A stretch of DNA of 64,000 nt. It comes from Pseudomonas phage HPP-Temi. Made by a program: the position numbers and the translations under genes. The stretch is taken from sequence record PP968062.1, one strand, 5' to 3'. Within the stretch, counting starts at the first letter, position 1; each line of letters starts with the position of its first letter. The notes below the pieces were generated by a model. That model did no database searches, was not told the DNA's origin, and saw nothing but the letters and a program-made list of their open reading frames with translations. Shown here piece by piece: positions 46,050 through 54,524 of the stretch.

Positions 46050-46271
46050 TCAGATGATGATTTCTGAAACGGGTACCACGCGAATATTCAATACAGTCGG
46101 AGATTGATGCTCGCGACTAACCGTTGCCATTATCACAGCGGGATAAGAGCAACGAATTGTGTTGGGGGAGATCATGTCCACTTTGAATTTCTGGTACATG
46201 TGTTTGATAAGTTCATGGACATCGTCATCGTTTTTTACAAGGAACAAAGAATCGGGGATCAATGTTTTCAT
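46050..46271 (-). CDS. hypothetical protein (73 aa)
   Basis: First gene downstream of the promoter-like element at 46308. Confidence 0.45.
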   Translation of the reverse strand: MKTLIPDSLFLVKNDDDVHELIKHMYQKFKVDMISPNTIRCSYPAVIMATVSREHQSPTVLNIRVVPVSEIII

Positions 46272-46307
46272 TTTTGGTTTTCCAAGTTTTGGGATAGTAT
46301 TCCTCTA

Positions 46308-46335
46308 GGTAATATAGATCTAAGATTATTTTTAC
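46308..46335 (-). promoter_or_regulatory. early-promoter-like element, subfamily A (gGTAATATAGATCTaagattatttttac)
   Basis: Lies 35 nt upstream of the ATG at 46271. It would head an operon that ends with phuZ. Confidence 0.5.
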
Positions 46336-46437
46336 TATTGGGTGGATGGGGCTTTGTAGCCCCACGACACCCTCTTCCAAGTTTTGCGACATAGTCGTTT
46401 TTTGTTTCCCTACCCCTGACTAAAGAATAAGGAAATT

Positions 46438-46475
46438 ATATATGGGACCCCCCCAAAGGGTCCCCCCCACATATA
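46438..46475. repeat. palindromic C7/G7 element TATATGGGACCCCCCCAAAGGGTCCCCCCCACATATA (on minus: G3-N1-G3-N7-G3-N1-G3, a potential G-quadruplex)
   Basis: GGGACCC/GGGTCCC form a 7-bp stem. There are two C7 runs (G7 on the minus strand). It is flanked by the TATATG/CATATA arms. Confidence 0.5.
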
Positions 46476-46612
46476 ATTACTATTTATATAAAAATTCTTT
46501 TAGAAGAAAAAGCTTTGAATAATGAAAATACTCTTTATTAAAGAATTCTATTCTTCTACTACAAATTACTTATGCGCGGCCCGGCCCCGCGAAAAAGAAA
46601 AAAAGAAAGCAA

Positions 46613-46632
46613 CCCTCTCCCGAAGGAGAGGG
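46613..46632. terminator. hairpin ccctctcc-CGAA-ggagaggg, bidirectional
   Basis: On the minus strand it is followed by TTGCTTTCTTTTTTTCTTTTT. On the plus strand it is followed by TTTATGCC. Confidence 0.6.
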
Positions 46633-46641
46633 CTTTATGCC

Positions 46642-47427
46642 TTAACGGTTACTTAGCTTGACCATGGAAACAAATTTATCATCCCAGGTCAGTTTGTCCA
46701 TGTCGAAGTAACGTTGAGGGTACATGGTGAAACCAACAGCCGTACCATGGTAGATGCTATCTGGATCATTCACAGCAATCACAGTAGAACGAGTGTACTC
46801 ACCTGCATAATTTTTCATTATGTGGACGAAGGACTTAATGTTCTTATTGCCTGTCAACCAAGTCATGCGACGCTGAGCTACTTCAGCGAAACGAAGAACT
46901 TCAGAACGTACCCACTGAGGATAATGGGTAACGTTGTTGTTCTCTAGAGGAACGACACGATCGACATCTTCCTCAAGATCACCGAAACTAAAACCGCTTA
47001 CCAAACCAACGATCTGGAAAAAGACTGGCTTCTCTGCCATATCGGTGATGGTTTGATACATGCCGTTACTAGTACAGGCGAAGCCACGATCTGCAAACTC
47101 ATCCATTATGTCGGTGTAAGCTCGCTGAATACGAGGTTCGATCCAGCAGCAACGGTCGACGTAATGTTTAATGAGAAGACCCTTGACGTGCTCTTTGTAA
47201 CTTTCTTCATCGAACGAAGAGTTCAGGCCACGCACGTTCAGATAAGAACGATCACGTCCTTCAAACGTAAATGTAGGCTTACTCCAGCCACTGTGGCTTT
47301 CAACGAACACACGGATGGTGTAGCTGTCCAGCGCGCCATTTCCGGTCACGTTGTACCAAATTGTGTCGAGGTGGTTCTTGGTTAAGCCGAGGTCGAGAGC
47401 ATTGAAACTGAAATCGATGTCAGACAT
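46642..47427 (-). CDS. hypothetical protein (261 aa)
   Basis: AGGAG SD. Confidence 0.6.
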   Translation of the reverse strand: MSDIDFSFNALDLGLTKNHLDTIWYNVTGNGALDSYTIRVFVESHSGWSKPTFTFEGRDRSYLNVRGLNSSFDEESYKEHVKGLLIKHYVDRCCWIEPRIQRAYTDIMDEFADRGFACTSNGMYQTITDMAEKPVFFQIVGLVSGFSFGDLEEDVDRVVPLENNNVTHYPQWVRSEVLRFAEVAQRRMTWLTGNKNIKSFVHIMKNYAGEYTRSTVIAVNDPDSIYHGTAVGFTMYPQRYFDMDKLTWDDKFVSMVKLSNR

Positions 47428-47460
47428 TGTAGACTCCTGTTAGGGGATGGAATATCACTA

Positions 47461-47487
47461 CTGTAATGTAGATCTAAAAACAAATAC
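47461..47487 (-). promoter_or_regulatory. early-promoter-like element, subfamily A variant (ctGTAATGTAGATCTaaaaacaaatac)
   Basis: Lies 35 nt upstream of the ATG at 47427 and immediately after the hairpin at 47496. Confidence 0.4.
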
Positions 47488-47495
47488 AACATAAA

Positions 47496-47513
47496 GCCTC
47501 CCCGAAGGGAGGC
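47496..47513 (-). terminator. hairpin gcctccc-CGAA-gggaggc followed by GTTTATA
   Basis: Family member. Confidence 0.5.
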
Positions 47514-47520
47514 GTTTATA

Positions 47521-47826
47521 TTACTCGATTTCAACCCAAGGGCGAAGATCCATTACGGTCGGAGCAGCTTTCTTGATGTAAGCCAGAATAGCAGCTTTAT
47601 CAACAGTAGGCTTCAAAGCAATACCAATTACGATACTGTCTTTGTTACGAACTAGTTTACGGACCTGGTTGCTCTCCAGACGCTGTTCTTCGAAGAACAG
47701 TTTACTGGGGAAGGGTAAGTCATAGGGAAGCTGGAAAAGCTTATGTAGGACCATTGGAACGGTTTCCAGAGGGGTACCTAGTTCAGCTTTGATTTCTTCC
47801 AGAGTAACTTCAAATTGCGTAGCCAT
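47521..47826 (-). CDS. hypothetical protein (101 aa)
   Basis: AAGGA SD. Confidence 0.5.
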   Translation of the reverse strand: MATQFEVTLEEIKAELGTPLETVPMVLHKLFQLPYDLPFPSKLFFEEQRLESNQVRKLVRNKDSIVIGIALKPTVDKAAILAYIKKAAPTVMDLRPWVEIE

Positions 47827-47835
47827 ATCAAATCC

Positions 47836-48603
47836 TTAGATTGTGTAGTATTCGTGATAACGACGAAGCTTATCGTCATCCAGAGCGATCTCTTGATAAC
47901 TGATAGTGATCTTCATGTGGTTCCACGGAGAACGGAATGCACGACCCGTTAGGGATACTTCACGATAGTCATTTACTTTTTCATCGACCACGGATTCCTC
48001 GAATACAACACCGAGCTTACCGAAACGTTTAATGAGCAGTTCAATGGACCGACCCAGTTCACCAGGAACATCAGGGAACTCAGTAGCAGATGCAATACGG
48101 GGCATTACTACCGGACCGTCTTCAACTTCGTAATTAACTTTGAATACAACTACGCCGAGATCGGTTTTGATGGGACGGAAAATCCGATAGCCGTCTTTAT
48201 TTAGACGCAGAGTGTAACCGTCATCAGGATATGCTTCTTGTAAAGCCTCTAGATGATCCTCCAGTGCACGAACGATACTCCGGTTGTACCGTAGCTCCCT
48301 TTCTCGGTAATCGCGTTCAAACGCTTCTTGGGGGCCTTCTTTTGTGAATTCTTTTACGACCGTATATTCGATTGTCTCACCAGTCAAGTGATCAGTGATA
48401 ATAAACAAATAGGTCATCGCATCGACCAGAGAGTGTTGGACACTGTACCGTTTTACGTCACACGGGACTGCGTCTGCACGCTCTTCTTTGAGATAGTCAA
48501 ACATGTCTTTGAGATGAGCCCATACGTCACAATTCGTACCGAGCCCATCGATGTCAATAGACGTATCTGGAACTTCTCTTTTAGCGCAGCAACTCATACG
48601 CAC
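47836..48603 (-). CDS. hypothetical protein (255 aa)
   Basis: AGAGGTG SD. Confidence 0.6.
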   Translation of the reverse strand: MRMSCCAKREVPDTSIDIDGLGTNCDVWAHLKDMFDYLKEERADAVPCDVKRYSVQHSLVDAMTYLFIITDHLTGETIEYTVVKEFTKEGPQEAFERDYRERELRYNRSIVRALEDHLEALQEAYPDDGYTLRLNKDGYRIFRPIKTDLGVVVFKVNYEVEDGPVVMPRIASATEFPDVPGELGRSIELLIKRFGKLGVVFEESVVDEKVNDYREVSLTGRAFRSPWNHMKITISYQEIALDDDKLRRYHEYYTI

Positions 48604-48653
48604 CTCTATAATGGTATTTAGCTTTCACATGATAAAAGAAAAAGGCGACATAT

Positions 48654-48673
48654 AGCCTCTCCCGAAGGAGAGG
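48654..48673 (-). terminator. hairpin gcctctcc-CGAA-ggagaggc
   Basis: Family member. Confidence 0.5.
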
Positions 48674-48684
48674 CCAATGCCAGG

Positions 48685-49032
48685 TTAGGACTTCACCTGT
48701 TCATCCAGGGAAGCAAGAAACTTCTCCCAAGCGGGGTAAACCCCATCAAGGTAGTAGCTATTCTGAGTAGTCTTTTTCAGGGACTCTACGGAACATTCTT
48801 CAGGATCCCATTGATTATCGCCACCGCTACCAGGACTGAGTCCATAGCAGCTGCAATGTGAACCGTGGACTTCGTAGTACTTACCATCGCGCTCAAAGAG
48901 CACGAAGGCATGACCCGTGTAATCCTCGTATTCATACCACGCAAAAAGAATGGTAGCGTTATCAAGTTCACCGTTAATCAGGCCAAACTCAGAAATTACA
49001 TCTTGCTCACTTTCAAAAATACCGAAGTACAT
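48685..49032 (-). CDS. hypothetical protein (115 aa from the internal ATG)
   Basis: AAAGGTGA lies before the ATG at 49032. The track ORF starts at 49110. Confidence 0.45.
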   Translation of the reverse strand: MYFGIFESEQDVISEFGLINGELDNATILFAWYEYEDYTGHAFVLFERDGKYYEVHGSHCSCYGLSPGSGGDNQWDPEECSVESLKKTTQNSYYLDGVYPAWEKFLASLDEQVKS

Positions 49033-49137
49033 GATTTCACCTTTATGTTGTCTTTGCGGAATGCAAACGCTTTGCATCGTTCGTGCAAGATAGACAACAG
49101 GGAAATCCAACCTGTATTAAATACTAGACATCAGTAT

Positions 49138-49524
49138 TTATTCATCATCAAATTCGATGACTAAACCAATTTTCTCGTAGAGTGAGATCGCTGCCTCATT
49201 CTCTTTGTGGACAACTACTTTCTTAGCTTGGGTGTACCGTACCAGCTGTTCGCCATATCCCATGCCTTGAGCTGACTCTGCAATGTACAGACAGTCTAAA
49301 TGCATTTCAGGAATATAGACGATTGCATAACCACGAAGATCACCATCAAACCAAATACCGTAGGCTTTCCTAGACTGAGCGAAAGCCTTATTGGTTAACA
49401 ACGTTCGGATATTGCCTTTGTAATCAAGCAATGATTCCAGATAGTCAGGGAGGACAACTAGTGTCCTCTCGACTTCTATGAACTCACCGATTACCTCATG
49501 TCGAATCTCACCGATCTCTAACAT
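49138..49524 (-). CDS. GNAT-family N-acetyltransferase-like protein (128 aa)
   Basis: Motif A AESAQGMGYGEQLVRY and motif B NEAAISLYEKIGL. Confidence 0.5.
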   Translation of the reverse strand: MLEIGEIRHEVIGEFIEVERTLVVLPDYLESLLDYKGNIRTLLTNKAFAQSRKAYGIWFDGDLRGYAIVYIPEMHLDCLYIAESAQGMGYGEQLVRYTQAKKVVVHKENEAAISLYEKIGLVIEFDDE

Positions 49525-49527
49525 GGA

Positions 49528-50151
49528 TTACCCAAAGATCTTGACGAACGCCTCCGGCCAAAGCATGGTCGGGAAATCAGCGCCGTTCAGTTCAATAACC
49601 AAAAGACCGCGTTCCAGCTTAAGCCGGATGATATCGGTCTCATCCATTTCGCGTTCAGCTACATTTGCCATGTAGGCAAACACAGCTTCGTTCGGAACCA
49701 TGTAAGTCCCATCCACATATGCCTTTACAACCAGCAGGAAGTTCTGGCAACGGATGTAATAGGTTTCACTGAGTTCATCATAGCAGAACCGAGCACGGAA
49801 TGCCTCACGTTGATACATGGAGTTAATCAGTGCCTCGATATGGCCAATTACAGCCATAGCCTTCATCACAGTGAAGTGAGTGTGATTCGTACTCATCCAG
49901 ATCCGATGAACTTCAGTGGGAGTCAGATCAACAGCGGACATCGGAATCTCGACAGCCGAACTATCGTAGACTTCAATACAGTCGTTGGTGTACTCACCAT
50001 TAACCATGAAGCGGAAGACGTTACCGTCAGCTTCATATTCCCACTGCCGACCTTTCGAGCGAACCAATCCATCCAGAGTTTGAGCAACGATATCAGACTT
50101 GCTAGGGGACTTGAAGATTACTTCCGGGAAATGCAGAGCGGGCTGGGACAT
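49528..50151 (-). CDS. hypothetical protein (207 aa)
   Basis: ORF on the coding strand. Confidence 0.55.
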   Translation of the reverse strand: MSQPALHFPEVIFKSPSKSDIVAQTLDGLVRSKGRQWEYEADGNVFRFMVNGEYTNDCIEVYDSSAVEIPMSAVDLTPTEVHRIWMSTNHTHFTVMKAMAVIGHIEALINSMYQREAFRARFCYDELSETYYIRCQNFLLVVKAYVDGTYMVPNEAVFAYMANVAEREMDETDIIRLKLERGLLVIELNGADFPTMLWPEAFVKIFG

Positions 50152-50160
50152 GATAACTCC

Positions 50161-51165
50161 TTAGAAATCGACAGTGATGGTTACTTCGTCTTTGTTATCG
50201 TCAATAGCACGAAGACTGATGATGGTTTCGTTATGACGAACGGAGCGAGAGATCGATACCAGTTTAGTGGCACCGAGGGCATGGAGTGTATCCATGATTT
50301 CTTTGGCGCTAACCAGAGGAGCTTTGTCCATGTAACTGGTCAGCAATACTTCGGTGCGTTCCAGAGTGAGAGGTTCAACGAATGCGGTCTGTTGATCAAT
50401 CGATTGGTAGTAGCCGAATTGACAGATGACGTACTTACGTTTCAGGATACCATCCACCTGACTAACCACGTCTACGCGACGATGCGAGTAGTTATAGTTT
50501 TCCAGAACGTACAGGTTATCCGGATACAGGGGAGCCAGCTTATCAACGAAACCATTTGCAGCTTCACCGATAGTTGAGTCGAGGTGCAACATGACATCAT
50601 CACTAGCGTAGTCGATATTGATCTTAGCGTAAGGCTTGGCATCAACAGTACGATTTGCTTGTTGTTCGGAATGCAGGTAATTCAGTGTATAGCCTTTATC
50701 AGCTACTTCGCTGGATACCTTAGCCAGTAGCGTCAGAAGCTCGCTACCCGCCGGACTCTTTTCAGCGTACTCGGCATAAAGCATAGCCAGCTCTTTGCTC
50801 ACCGATACCTTAGAGAAGTCAACCGAACGAATGATGACGGCATTGCTGGTATTGCGATAAGGTTCGTAATAACCATCCTCTTCACCAAAACCACCGTAGC
50901 CATTACCGTACTTACGAACGATGCCAATGGAACCGATCATCTTGCGAGTGTTGAGATCAAAGATATATTGATTCAGTCTCGGGCACTGGTTTACAGAGAT
51001 AACCGATTGTTCGTAGCCAGTGTTGTACCAGTCGCTCACCAACAGGTTACCATGGATACCAGGTTCGACCAGATCAAGGCCAATGAACTTAGCCGACCAA
51101 TTTGCCCAGGTGAATTTGGGCTCTTCACGTTTTACAGCTTCTTCTTTTACAACAACATTGGACAT
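50161..51165 (-). CDS. hypothetical protein (334 aa)
   Basis: AGAGG SD. A promoter-like element lies 40 nt upstream. Confidence 0.6.
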   Translation of the reverse strand: MSNVVVKEEAVKREEPKFTWANWSAKFIGLDLVEPGIHGNLLVSDWYNTGYEQSVISVNQCPRLNQYIFDLNTRKMIGSIGIVRKYGNGYGGFGEEDGYYEPYRNTSNAVIIRSVDFSKVSVSKELAMLYAEYAEKSPAGSELLTLLAKVSSEVADKGYTLNYLHSEQQANRTVDAKPYAKINIDYASDDVMLHLDSTIGEAANGFVDKLAPLYPDNLYVLENYNYSHRRVDVVSQVDGILKRKYVICQFGYYQSIDQQTAFVEPLTLERTEVLLTSYMDKAPLVSAKEIMDTLHALGATKLVSISRSVRHNETIISLRAIDDNKDEVTITVDF

Positions 51166-51202
51166 AACACAAAACCTCTTTTAACGGATTGATTTAGCTT
51201 GC

Positions 51203-51230
51203 ATGTAATATAGATCTAAGATAATTTTTA
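51203..51230 (-). promoter_or_regulatory. early-promoter-like element, subfamily A (atGTAATATAGATCTaagataattttta)
   Basis: Consensus member. Confidence 0.5.
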
Positions 51231-51264
51231 GCGCAATGATCTGATTAATCCAAGAGGTATAGCC

Positions 51265-52509
51265 ATGGCTCTCACTATCCGTCAAGTTCTTGACAAGCAT
51301 TTCGAAGATGTCAAGTTTGACCGAGACCTCTGTAAACGAATCATCGACTACACAGTCCGTTACATGAACCGTAACGAAGATCACTCGGCCTTCTTTGGTG
51401 GAGTGTTACTAGGTGTTCAGGAAGTTCGCTTCTATGATACTGACCGTGAAATTTGGTTTGATGACGTGCTACGTGTAGATGACGATCTACTCCGTCACGA
51501 CTTCGTTAAAGCAGAAGGGATCGATCCTACTCACATTGTGGCATCTGACCCGTTCAACCATATTCCCGGCTACTTGACTATTCAACTGAATAAACGTAAC
51601 GATATTCCGTTGAACATCAAACAAGAAGCTATTACCTGTGCTTTCATGGTACTGCACTTTAAGTACCTGACTTCGTTGTTGGTCCGTCGTTTCAAATACC
51701 CGGCTAAGCGTGAAGTGGCAGAGGCTACGTTTGCTGCTCTCAACTACAAATTCGACATCAAAGCGATCGGTAGTTGGGGTAAGTTGATTCGCGAGCGTTC
51801 TGAAGGTATCTCCTCGAACGACACGTCTAACATCTACTACTCTTATCTCCACGATAAGCAAGAAGACAAAGACGGTTATATGTCTAAGCGGGTAGTAACC
51901 GATACTCAGTCCCGTATTCGTGAACTGATCAACAAGTACTACGAAGTTTATATCCGTACCCTGCAATCCGGTGCAAAGTTGGTTATGACTTCTGACGTTG
52001 GCGTTAACACTGACGGTGATCAAATCCTTCGTGATAAGATCAACGGTTATTCTGGTTATCTACGTTACATGCATGGCGTGGTTAACAACGAACAGAACTT
52101 CATCCGTCCTGAGCTCTTAGGTGTAATCGAAAACTCGATGGCGGCAATGCCACCTAAGCTACTGGTCGAATCTCTTCAGTACATGTCCCGTAACTACGGT
52201 CAACCCCGTATGGGACACTTGGAGAAACTAGTAGATGAGTGCTTGCTGTATGCATTCGATTACATGCAGTCCATTAAGACCTCTGTACAGCGCAATACAG
52301 ACCTGAACGGCATCATCGTGAAGATCCGTGCCAAACTCATGGCATCGCGCTCTGAGGACCCTCGGGTGCTCTTTATGAGGGATACGGGAGAGGCTATGGT
52401 CAAGGAAGCTACGAAGATTAAGAACCCTGCTGTAATCGCAGCAACCCGTACAGGTATCATGCTGTACATTATCCTTCGTGCAATGACCCGCAACTACTAC
52501 TCCCGATAA
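51265..52509 (+). CDS. hypothetical protein (414 aa)
   Basis: AGAGG SD (caAGAGGtatagccATG). Codon usage matches the phage. The minus-strand ORFs inside it look spurious. Confidence 0.6.
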   Translation: MALTIRQVLDKHFEDVKFDRDLCKRIIDYTVRYMNRNEDHSAFFGGVLLGVQEVRFYDTDREIWFDDVLRVDDDLLRHDFVKAEGIDPTHIVASDPFNHIPGYLTIQLNKRNDIPLNIKQEAITCAFMVLHFKYLTSLLVRRFKYPAKREVAEATFAALNYKFDIKAIGSWGKLIRERSEGISSNDTSNIYYSYLHDKQEDKDGYMSKRVVTDTQSRIRELINKYYEVYIRTLQSGAKLVMTSDVGVNTDGDQILRDKINGYSGYLRYMHGVVNNEQNFIRPELLGVIENSMAAMPPKLLVESLQYMSRNYGQPRMGHLEKLVDECLLYAFDYMQSIKTSVQRNTDLNGIIVKIRAKLMASRSEDPRVLFMRDTGEAMVKEATKIKNPAVIAATRTGIMLYIILRAMTRNYYSR

Positions 52510-52527
52510 AAAGAAAAATGACATATT

Positions 52528-52549
52528 GCCCTCTCCCGAAGGAGAGGGC
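52528..52549. terminator. hairpin gccctctcc-CGAA-ggagagggc (identical stem to 4978)
   Basis: Between convergent genes. On the minus strand it is followed by CAATATGTCATTTTTCTTTTTATC. Confidence 0.55.
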
Positions 52550-52557
52550 TTATGCCG

Positions 52558-52773
52558 CTACTTGAACAAGTGATCTGCCAGGATAATGATAAACAAAGCA
52601 AGGCCAGTGTTACGACCCCCTTTGAATATACGTACCCACCACTTGGACTTCCTCAAAGTAACTTTATCACGCTGATCAACTTTCTCTTGACGATACTGCT
52701 TCTTGGAGAACAGGTATCCGATGTTCAGGATCATGCTAACCATAAACAGTCCAGACAATCCGACAGCAACCAT
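52558..52773 (-). CDS. small membrane protein (71 aa)
   Basis: MVAVGLSGLFMVSMILNIGYLF. Preferred over the mirror plus-strand ORF that starts at the hairpin's TATG. Confidence 0.45.
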   Translation of the reverse strand: MVAVGLSGLFMVSMILNIGYLFSKKQYRQEKVDQRDKVTLRKSKWWVRIFKGGRNTGLALFIIILADHLFK

Positions 52774-52976
52774 TAGTTGTTGTAATCGATTACAGAAGCT
52801 AACAGATCAGCGGCAGTCCGATCGTCAGCGTTCCATAGTTTATCACACCACTCCTTATCTTCAGGGTTGGTGATCTTGTGGAGTTCCATGTGGTTATGGA
52901 ATGCTTGTCCCCAACGTTGAGACTTGTCGGGGTTGGTGAACGTAGCCAGACGGCTATAGGGAATTGTTATTGCCAT
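52773..52976 (-). CDS. hypothetical protein (67 aa)
   Basis: ORF on the coding strand. Confidence 0.45.
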   Translation of the reverse strand: MAITIPYSRLATFTNPDKSQRWGQAFHNHMELHKITNPEDKEWCDKLWNADDRTAADLLASVIDYNN

Positions 52977-52979
52977 AAC

Positions 52980-53345
52980 TCACCGTATGCATTTAAGGGA
53001 ACGTTTGGTCTGTTCACTCAGAGGACCAGAACAATCATTGGTCTTCATGGCGATCAGGGTTTGGTAGAACTCGGTCAGCATCGGACGATAGAAATCGATT
53101 TCCTCCACAGTGAACTTACCCGCGGGGAAAGCGATCGTGTAACCGTCTTTCGGTTGACCGTCATATTCGGTGAACAGATCACCATTGTCAACGTAGTTGC
53201 AGATACCCTGGTTACAGTAGATCAGATCAGAACTGTCTACCATCTCGGCGTACAGTTGAGCATCGTATTCCACCGGATTGAACGGGTTAGCTACAGCAGC
53301 TTGCATTGCGATGGCGGATACTACAGCGATGATCAGTTTACGCAT
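52980..53345 (-). CDS. secreted/periplasmic protein (121 aa) with a signal peptide
   Basis: MRKLIIAVVSAIAMQAAVA followed by NP.... It has 4 Cys. Confidence 0.5.
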   Translation of the reverse strand: MRKLIIAVVSAIAMQAAVANPFNPVEYDAQLYAEMVDSSDLIYCNQGICNYVDNGDLFTEYDGQPKDGYTIAFPAGKFTVEEIDFYRPMLTEFYQTLIAMKTNDCSGPLSEQTKRSLKCIR

Positions 53346-53357
53346 TTTGTTTAGTCC

Positions 53358-53717
53358 TTACTTGGCAGTCTTGAAGTGGTTGATTACAGCGTTGATCAAC
53401 ATCTCTTCGATGTCGACCTTCTTGTACTGAGGTTCCGAGTTCTCGTCTTCTTCCATATCCCAGTAGATAGTGGCACGCAGCAACGCGGGTGCTGTGAAAC
53501 GAATGATCTTACCGGTAGCATCGAACTCTACGCTGAACATGGCGTATTGCTCAGAGGTACCGTCTCTGTAGAAGATGAACGCTCCGCCGAAAGTACGAAT
53601 CTCCAGTTCACCGAACTTGCTGATACGGACTTGTCCATCGAAGTACTCGCTCTTGACGCGCATGTTGTCTTCGATAACGGTGAACAGTTCTTTGAGAAGC
53701 TCCTGGTTGAGTTGCAT
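53358..53717 (-). CDS. hypothetical protein (119 aa)
   Basis: A subfamily-B promoter-like element lies 35 nt upstream. Confidence 0.5.
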   Translation of the reverse strand: MQLNQELLKELFTVIEDNMRVKSEYFDGQVRISKFGELEIRTFGGAFIFYRDGTSEQYAMFSVEFDATGKIIRFTAPALLRATIYWDMEEDENSEPQYKKVDIEEMLINAVINHFKTAK

Positions 53718-53748
53718 TCGTAGACTCCTATTGGGGTATTGAATTCAC

Positions 53749-53787
53749 ATTTGTAATATAGTCTTTAAATAGACTTCAATGTAAGAC
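53749..53787 (-). promoter_or_regulatory. early-promoter-like element, subfamily B (TTTGTAATATAGTCTTTAAATAGACTTCAATGTAAGACG)
   Basis: Contains the internal palindrome AGTCTttaaatAGACT. Confidence 0.45.
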
Positions 53788-53794
53788 GACATAA

Positions 53795-53813
53795 AGCCCA
53801 CCCGAAGGATGGG
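53795..53813 (-). terminator. hairpin gcccacc-CGAAG-gatgggc (one mismatch)
   Basis: Family member. Confidence 0.45.
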
Positions 53814-53821
53814 CTTGTTGA

Positions 53822-54460
53822 TCAACGAGTACTGTAGTACTTGTAGATCAGACTGTAGTTACCGCCCTGCTGCTTGGCAGTGCGATCCAGCGCCTCGCAT
53901 TCGGCTTTGCCGTTGCGATAGACTGCCGAATCATCACTGTAGCTGTAGTACCAGTCGGCCTTCTTGCAGTGTTCTTCGAACACCTGCTCGTCCTCGGTGA
54001 GGACACCCCAGTTCTGGGTGGCTTTGACTGGTTCCACAGGAGCCGGCTTGGGAGCCGCCAGCTCTTGTTGCAGCTTGGCGATATCGTTGGCGTACACACG
54101 CGCAGCGAAATACCCAGCCTTGTCGGACCGACCGCGGGCTTCATAGCGCACCCGCATGCCATCCAGCCCATAGACCCGAATCCCATCCACCGAGGTCACT
54201 CCCATGAAGTGACCCTCGTGCAGAGAGACGCGGTCATTGAACCGGATCATGCGGCGACCATCCACCGTCCCCACGAAGTTCTGGGTGGACTTAGCCACGG
54301 CCTCGAACAGCGTGCTGCCGACATCGAAACACGCATGGTCAACGCTGTCCAGCAACCCGTAGACCAGCAGGGCAGTCGTCTCACAGGCGACTACCTCGCA
54401 TGCAGGGGCATAGGCCAGAACTTCTTGTTGCAGGGCCAGCAGTTCGTGTTTGTAGATCAT
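53822..54460 (-). CDS. hypothetical two-domain protein (212 aa) in a GC-rich (~58-60%), compositionally atypical gene
   Basis: Codons shift to ctg/gcc/ggc/cgc/gtg, unlike its neighbours. A Pro-rich linker AAPKPAPVEPVKA separates an N-terminal domain from a C-terminal ~60-aa domain. The antisense strand carries a 179-aa ORF because of the GC bias. Confidence 0.6.
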   Translation of the reverse strand: MIYKHELLALQQEVLAYAPACEVVACETTALLVYGLLDSVDHACFDVGSTLFEAVAKSTQNFVGTVDGRRMIRFNDRVSLHEGHFMGVTSVDGIRVYGLDGMRVRYEARGRSDKAGYFAARVYANDIAKLQQELAAPKPAPVEPVKATQNWGVLTEDEQVFEEHCKKADWYYSYSDDSAVYRNGKAECEALDRTAKQQGGNYSLIYKYYSTR

Positions 54461-54524
54461 GGTATTCTCCTATTGAGTTTGAAAAGCCAACCATTTGGCC
54501 TTTTCTAATGGGGTATTGATCACC

